64,000 nt of DNA, from the NCBI GenBank assembly GCA_964628235.1, contig CAZVLU010000012.1, forward strand, positions 9,108 through 73,107, given 5' to 3'. Made by a program: the position numbers and the translations under genes. Origin of the DNA: an uncultured Rhizobium sp. (lineage in GTDB: Bacteria > Pseudomonadota > Alphaproteobacteria > SMXQ01). Numbering within the stretch: position 1 is the first letter of the stretch; each line of letters starts with the position of its first letter. Under the pieces are notes generated by a model. That model made no database searches. It saw only the letters and a program-made list of their open reading frames with translations, and was not told where the DNA came from. Positions 56,737-64,000 of the stretch are shown here, one piece after another.

Positions 56737-58707
56737 TTAGAAGGTAAGGCCGAGGGCGGCAGCCTCTGCCCGCCCGCGCGTGCCGCCGAAGGACAATGAG
56801 CCCGAATCGAGGTCGTGCCGCAGACCCTCGAACACAATCGTCATGACGCGACCGCGTTCTTCGAACAGGAGTCCAAGATGGGCCATGCGCTGGTAAGCCT
56901 CGCCATGGGCGGCGCGCGTTTCCTCCGCCGATTGCGGGGCTCCGGTCGCGCGCAGCAGCGCAACGTCATCGTCGCCCAATTCATATTCGACCATGTGGCC
57001 GGAGCGGCTGTCCTCGATCAGAAATCCCACGTCGTCCTTGACGAGGCGCAATCTCGGACGCGGCTGACTTCCCGTCCAACGGTCGCGCCAGCGCGCGACG
57101 AGTTGGCGAAGCGTCGTGATATGTCCAGCGAGATCGGTCTGGTAAGACGCGTCGATATTCATGTCGCGGAAGTAATAGGCGAGGTTGGTCGTGACCTCGG
57201 CAGGGAAGGGATAGATCAGATCGTGATAATCGAGCGGCGCTAAATCGAGCCCGTAATCCTGCGCCTTCATGAAATAGGGGCTGAAACGGTCGAAGCGGAC
57301 CGGGAAAACGCCGGACGGTGGCGGCAGATGCATCAGACGGGGCAGATTGCGCGCATACATCTCATAGGTGTCCGCCGCTTCGCCGGGAAAGCCCGTCAGA
57401 AGGTTCCAGATCGGCTTGACGCCCTCGGCGGCGCAATCGGCGAGGAAGCGGATGTTGTTGAAGGCCGTGGTGCCCTTGCGCATAAGCTTCAGCGTCGTCG
57501 TCGAGAGCGATTCGATTCCGGGCTGGATCTCGACGACCCGCGCGCGCGCCAGCGCGTTCAGTTGTTCGCGGCCGAGATCCGCCTTCACCTCGTAGAAAAG
57601 GACTATGTCGTCGGGCACTTTCAGATGCGGCAGCAAGCCTTCGAGATATGAGCGCGGGATGATGTTGTCGACGCTGGCGAAGCGGCCGGCGCGGCCGACG
57701 TAACGGTCGATCATCGCCTGCACCGATTGCCGCGCCTTGTCGACGCCCATCTCGCGGAAGGACATTGTCGCGCCGTTGAGGCCGCAGAAGGTGCAATGGG
57801 CCTTCTCGCCCCACCAGCAGCCGCGCGACGTCTCAAACAGCAGCTCGATCTCCGCGGCGTCGCCGTGGCCGAAATGCCGCGTGTAAGATTCGAGATAGCC
57901 GTCGTAATCGAGCGCGACGACCTGATCGAGCCTGCGTTCCGGGGCGGCGACCTTGATGCCGGATATCTGCCGCGGCGCGGCCACGCTGCCGGGATCGGCA
58001 GAACGGTCGGCGTCGGCCAGCGCGATGACGGAGCGGCTGTTGCGGCGGCTGAAAACGCCGTCGATATGGTGCAGTCCCTCGCTGTCGCCGGCCATCAAGC
58101 GCTTGAGGAAATCGGGGAAACTCAGCAGCGCGTGGCCCGAAAACGCGAAATCGATCGACGGCACGTTGTTGACGATCTCGATCCCCATATTGGCTTCGCA
58201 GTTCGCGCCGCCGATGATGATCAGAGACGCCGGATTACGCGCCTTGATGCGGCGCGCGAGCGCGAAGCTCGGCACGTTCTGGAAGAACATCGAGGTCAGG
58301 CCGACGAGATCGGCCTCGGCTAGGCCGTGCCGGTCGATCATCTCGTCGAGGATTTCGGGCAGGCGCGCGCGCACCGGAGCCAGTTCGCGCTGGTAGCGTT
58401 CGATATTGTCGGCGCCGAAGTGCAGCGCGTAACGGCGGAAATAGGCATCGCTATTGTCGCCTTCTTCCGGGAAGGCGGCGAGGCGGAACAGCCATTCGCC
58501 GAAGCCGCAGGTGTGGCCGGCAAGGCTTTCAGAGATCCAGCGATAAAGATCCTGGCCGACCAGCGCGCCGAAATCGTGATTGAGGTAATGGACGCTCACG
58601 TCGCAGGCGTCGCCGAATGTCTCGTGCGTCACCGTTTCGAGCTGATGAAGCGCGATCGAGGGTATCTGCAGCGACGAGAACGGCATGTTGACGAATGCGA
58701 TTTTCAT
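56737..58707 (-). CDS. Cobalamin-dependent radical SAM C-methyltransferase (RiPP-maturation rSAM/PoyC-like family)
   Basis: VNMPF..PSIAL start, B12-binding VGLTSMFFQ..GGANCE, ETSRGCWWGEKAHCTFCG, QPGIES, RFDRFSPYF. Confidence 0.88.
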   Translation of the reverse strand: MKIAFVNMPFSSLQIPSIALHQLETVTHETFGDACDVSVHYLNHDFGALVGQDLYRWISESLAGHTCGFGEWLFRLAAFPEEGDNSDAYFRRYALHFGADNIERYQRELAPVRARLPEILDEMIDRHGLAEADLVGLTSMFFQNVPSFALARRIKARNPASLIIIGGANCEANMGIEIVNNVPSIDFAFSGHALLSFPDFLKRLMAGDSEGLHHIDGVFSRRNSRSVIALADADRSADPGSVAAPRQISGIKVAAPERRLDQVVALDYDGYLESYTRHFGHGDAAEIELLFETSRGCWWGEKAHCTFCGLNGATMSFREMGVDKARQSVQAMIDRYVGRAGRFASVDNIIPRSYLEGLLPHLKVPDDIVLFYEVKADLGREQLNALARARVVEIQPGIESLSTTTLKLMRKGTTAFNNIRFLADCAAEGVKPIWNLLTGFPGEAADTYEMYARNLPRLMHLPPPSGVFPVRFDRFSPYFMKAQDYGLDLAPLDYHDLIYPFPAEVTTNLAYYFRDMNIDASYQTDLAGHITTLRQLVARWRDRWTGSQPRPRLRLVKDDVGFLIEDSRSGHMVEYELGDDDVALLRATGAPQSAEETRAAHGEAYQRMAHLGLLFEERGRVMTIVFEGLRHDLDSGSLSFGGTRGRAEAAALGLTF

Positions 58708-58711
58708 AACG

Positions 58712-59713
58712 CTATCTTTCCGCCGCGAACGGCGCTTGTTGCGAAGCCATATGGCCCATGGAAACCAAAACACGTCGCGCGCCGGAATAGGGCCGCCGGC
58801 CATGAGCGACGCGCATATTATCGATCATGAGCACGTCCCCCGCGCGCCAATCGAAGCTTCGCGCATGGACCCGATGAGCGGCGCGGACGCGAGCGAGCAT
58901 CGGCGGATCGATCGCTTGGCCGTCGCCGAAGCGCGCGTCGCGCGGCAGGCGGTCGGCGCTGAAAATGGCGATCATGTCAGCCATCATATCGTCGCCGAGG
59001 GCCGAAGGGTGGAACAGATGCGCTTGATTGAACCACAAAGTTTCGCCGGTGCTCGGATGGCGCGCCACGCTCTGGCAGCTTTGTTCGGTATGTAGCACGC
59101 CATCGGCAAGCCAGTCGCATTCGATATCGTGGTCTCGGCAATAGCGCGCCACTTCAGCAGCGTCTTCGGTCTGGAACACGGTTTGCCAATCGAGGTCGAA
59201 GCCGGGATGGTAGTTACGGATGTAGCGCACGCCTCGCCGCGCAAACTCGGCCATGGTTTCGACGCCGATCTCGGCCGTCACCGCGCGCATGTCGGCGAGC
59301 GGGGTCTGGCCGCCGCGTTCTGGCGCGACAAGGCAGCAGAGCAGCAGCCGGAGCGGCCAATCGCGCTGATAGGCATTCTCGCAATGGAGCGGGATTTCCT
59401 CGCTTGGCGGGTATTCGGTCGCGGTCATCACCCCGCGCTCGATCTCCGTGCGCGGCGTCGAGCGGTAGAGATAGGGCGCAGGCGAGGCGATCGCGCTATC
59501 GCGTACGGCGCGGAAGTCCGTTTCCGAGCGTACGGCGAAACCACGAAACAGGATGGCAGGATGCTCTTGTGCAAGCTGTTCGATCTCCGGCTCATGGTCG
59601 CGCCAGAAGGCGACAAGGTCGCTGTCGGCGGCATCCGCCTTGATGACGATGGCGAAATCCGCGCCGTCGAACAGGCGGGCATATGCCGGCGATTTTACGT
59701 CAAGCCGCTGCAT
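58712..59713 (-). CDS. SyrP-like TauD-family Fe/2OG hydroxylase
   Basis: YRSTPRT, TEYP...IPLHCENAY, GGQTPLAD, WFNQAHLFH, DNM.VAHGR; start MQRLDV at 59713. Confidence 0.88.
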   Translation of the reverse strand: MQRLDVKSPAYARLFDGADFAIVIKADAADSDLVAFWRDHEPEIEQLAQEHPAILFRGFAVRSETDFRAVRDSAIASPAPYLYRSTPRTEIERGVMTATEYPPSEEIPLHCENAYQRDWPLRLLLCCLVAPERGGQTPLADMRAVTAEIGVETMAEFARRGVRYIRNYHPGFDLDWQTVFQTEDAAEVARYCRDHDIECDWLADGVLHTEQSCQSVARHPSTGETLWFNQAHLFHPSALGDDMMADMIAIFSADRLPRDARFGDGQAIDPPMLARVRAAHRVHARSFDWRAGDVLMIDNMRVAHGRRPYSGARRVLVSMGHMASQQAPFAAER

Positions 59714-62700
59714 TGCCTGCCTCCGCCTCGTCGTCGCGCCACAGCCTCTCGATCGTCTGCGCCAAGGACGGCGCATCCGCATCCAGTACCGTTGCATGAT
59801 CGCCGGCCGCTTGTGCCGTGACAACCTGGTCGAAGATTTCTCCCCAACCCAGGTCTGCGGCCAAGGTGCGCTTATTATCCCGTGCGCGAATGAGCGCGGC
59901 TCGGCCGCCTTGATGCGCGAGAAACGCTTGAGCGAACATGGTAATGTTGGCACGCACACGGCGCACGGTATCGTCGTCGGCGCCGGCCTTTTGCGCCGCC
60001 TGAGCGAGCGCGTCTTCGCCTGCCGCCATATCATCCGTGCTTGTAGGCGCACCGTCGATCAAGACGACGCGGACGTCGCGGACGTCGCTTCTGAGCCGTG
60101 CGGCCATGCGGGCGGCCAGCATGGCCCCCGAGGACCAGCCGGCGAGAAGGACTGTCGCCGTGCCGACGCGGGCAGCGACGGCGTCGGCATAGGCTTCCGC
60201 CATGGCGTCGAGTCCGTCGAACGGAGCGGTCTGTTCCAAGGCGACGATACGCCGTGCGCCAGGCCAAGCGTCTGCCAAGGCATGATAGCAGGCCCCAGTG
60301 CCGCTGACGGGATGAACCAGTATGGCCTCAGGCCCGTCGCCTGCCCGCAAAGTGCGGAATTGCGCTTGCGATTCCGTGCTTGCATCAAGCGCTTCGGCGA
60401 GATCGGCCGGCGTCGGATGCGCGAACAGCAAGGCCAGCGGAATTTCGCGCCCGAGGCGGCGCGCGATCATCCCGGCGAGGCGAACGGCGAGAAGGGAGTG
60501 GCCGCCGAGCACGAAGAAGGACTCGTTCCTGCCAGCTTGCCGGTCGAGCGCCAGCACCTCGCGGAAGGACTCCGCGATGGCCGTCTCCAGCGGTCCGGCT
60601 GGCGCAGCAACGGGCGCGGTTGCTGCCGCCAGGTTCTGCGGGTCGGGTAAGCGGTTGCGGTCGATCTTGCCCGTGGCGGTCATCGGCATCTCTGCGACCG
60701 GGATGACGAACGCCGGCAACATGGCCTCGGGCAGATGCTGGGCGAGGGCTGCGCGCACGGAGGCCGGATCGGCTGCTGCCGGACCGCTAATCCAAGCGGC
60801 GAGCGCCGGCCGGCCTGCGGAGTCCCCGACCAGCCGCGCCGCTGCTAGCGTGACGCCGGCGATGGCCGTGAGCTTCGCTTCGACCTCGTCGAGTTCGATG
60901 CGGACGCCGCGCACTTTGACTTGTCGGTCGTCGCGACCGATGAATTGGATCGCTCCATCGGCGCGCATGCGTACGATATCGCCGGTGCGATAGGCCCGTT
61001 CGCCCCGTCGCCAGGGATGGGCGACAAAGCGCTCTGCCGTGGCGCGTGCGTCGCCCAGATAGCCGAGACCGACACCGACGCCGGCGATCCATAGTTCGCC
61101 TTCGGCGCCAGGCAGCGCCGGCGCGCCGCGGCGATCCATGACCATGACTTCGACGCCTGGGATCGGCGTGCCGATTGCCGGCGCGCTCCCGTCCACAAGA
61201 TATTCGAAGGCGGTCGCGCAGATCGCCGTTTCGCATGGGCCGTATGCGTTGACGAGCCGGCGGCCGACGCTCCAGCGCGCGGCCAACTCGGCGCTCAAGC
61301 TTTCGCCTGCCGAGACAAGAACGCGCAGGGCAGGAAGCGCGCAACTTTCCATCGCGGCGAGCGCGGATGGCGTCAGCGTCGCATGGGTGATGGCGCATTC
61401 GGCCAGCGTCGCGGCAAGCGCGGGGCCAGGAATCAGCGATTCGCGCGGCCGCATGACCAAGGTGCCGCCGCCCGCGAGCGTGGTGAAGGTTTCCCAAATC
61501 CAGGCGTCGAAAGACGGCGTCGCGGCCTGGATCACGCGGGCGCCTGGCGAAATATGGAGATAGCTCGCCATGCTTTGCGCGAGGTTGGCGAGTCCGCTCC
61601 GGGTCGCAATCGCACCTTTCGGGTTTCCGGTCGAGCCGCTGGTGAACTGCACGTAAGCCGGCGCGTCGGGCGCGTTGTCGGCGCATGGCATCGGATAGGG
61701 CCAACAGGCCGCCGCGGCGCGCATGGCTTTGCGGCGGGCTTCGGGGACGTTGGGATCTTCCAACTGGAAAGCGCGGCCGGCGAACAGCGCCCCGACCGCT
61801 TCGATCACGCGCTCGAGGGCATCGGCGGTCGCGACGATATGGATCGGCGGATCGCCTTGTCCGAATTGCGCGGCGCGTTTTTCCGCTGCAGCGGCGAGCG
61901 CATCATAACGCATGATGCCGTCGGGCCCGTCGAGCGCGATCCGATCGGCGAACTGGACGAAGCGCGCGCGCAGCAACGCGGCGACCGAGGCCTCGGGCGC
62001 AGCCGGCGCTCCGGCGATGACGACGCGGCCATGATCTTGGGATTCGAGCGCTGTAAGGCGGTCGATCGGAAGCTTTTCCGCCTCGCTGAGAGACGCGAGC
62101 AAGCGGCGATAGCTACGCGCCCAGGCTTCGATGGTCGCCGGATCGAACAAGCTGCGATCATAGACGAAGCCGGCGCGCACGCTGCCGTCCGCCACGCGTC
62201 GCAGCGTGACGGCGAGATCGACCGGCGCAGTCGCGACGTCGAGCGAGAAGGCGGCGATGCAGTCGTCTGCGGGCGGCGCAGCGTCGTTCCAGTCCAGTAC
62301 GGTTTGGAATAGCGGGGGCCGGCCCGGCAGGCGTGGCGGTTTCAAATCTTCGACGAGTCGCGCGAGCGTCGCCTCCGCATGGGTGAGAAGCCCGCGCATG
62401 CCGTTCGCCGCGAGCGCGATTGCAGCGTCGCCGCCGTCGTCTCGAGCGACGATATCGTCGAGCCGCAACCGCAGCGGCAGCGTGTTGAGGAACATGCCGA
62501 CGACGCGCTCGAAGCCCGCCGGGCGTTCGCTGACCGGAATGCCGATCACGCAATCGCCAGCTCCCGTCAAGCGGCGGAGCAGCAACGCGTAAGCGGCGCA
62601 GAACGCGGCATGGACCGTCGCGCCATGGCGGCGCGCCGCAGCTTCTGCGCGGGCGACCAAATCGGCGGGTAGCAGGATGGACAGCGCCGCACCGCGCGGC

Positions 62701-64000
62701 TCGCCGCCGCGCTCGACGCCGCGGTCGTTGGGCAAGGTCAGCGCGGCCGGCACATCCGTCAAGCGTTCGCGCCAATAGGCGAGACAGTCCGGCATCGCCG
62801 TCGCCGCGCGCCGCGCGCGTTCGCCGGCATAGACGCGGTAATCCTTCTCCGGTGCCGGCCGTGCCGCGCCATTCAATTCGGCGACGATATCGCCGAGCAC
62901 GATTTCGAGAGAGACCGCATCCGAAATGATGTGATGCATCGTTATCGCAAGAACCGCCTGGCCATCTGTGAGGCGGACGAGCCGCAGACGCCAGGGTGGG
63001 GTCTTCAAATCGAACGGCGTTTCGGCATCACGCGCGATAAAGACTCGCGCCGCTGCTTCCGACAACTCACTTCCGCTGGAGTCGAACGCCACATCGGGCT
63101 GAGCGTCGTTGTCCAGGCGGATGCTGGGTGCGTCGTCCGCGCCGCTGTAACAAGTGCGCAATAGCGGATGACGTGCCGCGACGGCGCGAACGGCCTGGCG
63201 CAGCTTTGCCGCATCCGGCGGCGCGATCACTACCGCGCCTTGCATGACATAACCCTGGCCGCGTCCGCCGATCAGGCTTTCTAGCCAAAGCTGCCGTTCG
63301 CCGGGCGATGCGATTGGCGATTGATCGGCTACAACACTATCCGGTTCCGCTTCGACGGGCTTGGCGGCGGCGAGCAGGCGCGCCATCGCCCGCGGCGTCG
63401 GCGCGCGATGGACGGCGTCGAGCGGCACATGCGGCCCGAATTCCCGGCGCAGCCGCGCGATCAGGCGAACGGCGGTGAGCGACGTGCCGCCTGCAGCGAA
63501 GAAATCGCTATCTGGCCCCACCGTCGCGCCGTTGAGTAGGTTGCGCCAGATATCTAGAAGCGGCGCAGGTATGTTCGGAGAAGCGCTCAGGGCGTCAGAC
63601 CCGTTCGTCGGCGCTCGCGCGGCCAACGCCGCCGCAAGTTTGGCACGGTCGATCTTGCCGTTATCGGTCAGCGGCAAAGCGTCGAACAGGGCGATTTCGG
63701 CCGGGACCATGTGGCCGGGAAGTTTCGCTGCCAACGCAGCGCGGCATATCTCAGGCGTGGCCGTGCCGGTTACGCAGGCGAAAAGGCGGCGTTCGCCACC
63801 TTCCTTGTCAGTGAGCAAGGCGCAGCTCTCGACGCCGGGCACCGCGCGCAAGGCCGCCTCGATCTCGCCGAGCTCGACGCGGAATCCGCGGATCTTCACT
63901 TGATCATCGCGACGTCCGAGATAATCGAGACTGCCGTCCGCGCGTCGCCGCGCCAGATCGCCGCTGCGATACATGCGCGCGCCGGGCTCGGGCGAGAACG
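59700..64000 (-). CDS. Non-ribosomal peptide synthetase, 3' part (A-T-C-A-T-TE; starts beyond window)
   Basis: YRSGD/QVKIRG/NGKID, T: GGTSL, C: HHIISD, A: FTSGSTGNPKG, NAYGPCE, T: GGHSL, TE: GWSSG. Confidence 0.93.
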   Translation of the reverse strand, partial: FSPEPGARMYRSGDLARRRADGSLDYLGRRDDQVKIRGFRVELGEIEAALRAVPGVESCALLTDKEGGERRLFACVTGTATPEICRAALAAKLPGHMVPAEIALFDALPLTDNGKIDRAKLAAALAARAPTNGSDALSASPNIPAPLLDIWRNLLNGATVGPDSDFFAAGGTSLTAVRLIARLRREFGPHVPLDAVHRAPTPRAMARLLAAAKPVEAEPDSVVADQSPIASPGERQLWLESLIGGRGQGYVMQGAVVIAPPDAAKLRQAVRAVAARHPLLRTCYSGADDAPSIRLDNDAQPDVAFDSSGSELSEAAARVFIARDAETPFDLKTPPWRLRLVRLTDGQAVLAITMHHIISDAVSLEIVLGDIVAELNGAARPAPEKDYRVYAGERARRAATAMPDCLAYWRERLTDVPAALTLPNDRGVERGGEPRGAALSILLPADLVARAEAAARRHGATVHAAFCAAYALLLRRLTGAGDCVIGIPVSERPAGFERVVGMFLNTLPLRLRLDDIVARDDGGDAAIALAANGMRGLLTHAEATLARLVEDLKPPRLPGRPPLFQTVLDWNDAAPPADDCIAAFSLDVATAPVDLAVTLRRVADGSVRAGFVYDRSLFDPATIEAWARSYRRLLASLSEAEKLPIDRLTALESQDHGRVVIAGAPAAPEASVAALLRARFVQFADRIALDGPDGIMRYDALAAAAEKRAAQFGQGDPPIHIVATADALERVIEAVGALFAGRAFQLEDPNVPEARRKAMRAAAACWPYPMPCADNAPDAPAYVQFTSGSTGNPKGAIATRSGLANLAQSMASYLHISPGARVIQAATPSFDAWIWETFTTLAGGGTLVMRPRESLIPGPALAATLAECAITHATLTPSALAAMESCALPALRVLVSAGESLSAELAARWSVGRRLVNAYGPCETAICATAFEYLVDGSAPAIGTPIPGVEVMVMDRRGAPALPGAEGELWIAGVGVGLGYLGDARATAERFVAHPWRRGERAYRTGDIVRMRADGAIQFIGRDDRQVKVRGVRIELDEVEAKLTAIAGVTLAAARLVGDSAGRPALAAWISGPAAADPASVRAALAQHLPEAMLPAFVIPVAEMPMTATGKIDRNRLPDPQNLAAATAPVAAPAGPLETAIAESFREVLALDRQAGRNESFFVLGGHSLLAVRLAGMIARRLGREIPLALLFAHPTPADLAEALDASTESQAQFRTLRAGDGPEAILVHPVSGTGACYHALADAWPGARRIVALEQTAPFDGLDAMAEAYADAVAARVGTATVLLAGWSSGAMLAARMAARLRSDVRDVRVVLIDGAPTSTDDMAAGEDALAQAAQKAGADDDTVRRVRANITMFAQAFLAHQGGRAALIRARDNKRTLAADLGWGEIFDQVVTAQAAGDHATVLDADAPSLAQTIERLWRDDEAEAGNAAA

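Noticed and set aside
56737-58707. RiPP biosynthetic cluster
   Set aside because: No precursor, peptidase or exporter in the window; the gene sits in an NRPS operon. Sequence beyond 64 kb cannot be assessed.

Overview
GC-rich, alphaproteobacterial-looking chromosome segment in four parts. (1) 1-2787: apparent core genes (partial FrnE/DsbA-type oxidoreductase, pentapeptide-repeat protein, PAS-domain protein) ending in tRNA-Ser(TGA). (2) From the tRNA 3' end: an integrative-element head with an ATAACAGG repeat array, a large serine recombinase, DUF2924- and DUF3489-like genes and a truncated ParB-N gene. (3) About 6-54 kb: an IS-scarred catabolic and transport cargo. It holds two Rieske oxygenase systems, two dihydroxyphthalate-decarboxylase-like proteins, two paralogous VOC dioxygenases, two SnoaL/NTF2 proteins, three TauD dioxygenases, five orphan Bug/TctC receptors, TAXI-TRAP and NitT/TauT ABC transporters, a NahE/PhdJ-type aldolase, cupins, MatB, and an HTH-citrate synthase fusion lacking the catalytic Asp. 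A near-identical copy of the post-tRNA sequence at 44041 suggests tandem elements. (4) 54.7-64 kb: a coupled ParA-DUF697 pair, and the 3' end of an NRPS cluster (terminal Phe-type module plus TE) with a SyrP-like hydroxylase, a B12-dependent radical SAM methyltransferase and an Sfp-type PPTase. All family calls come from motif recognition by eye; no database searches were run.
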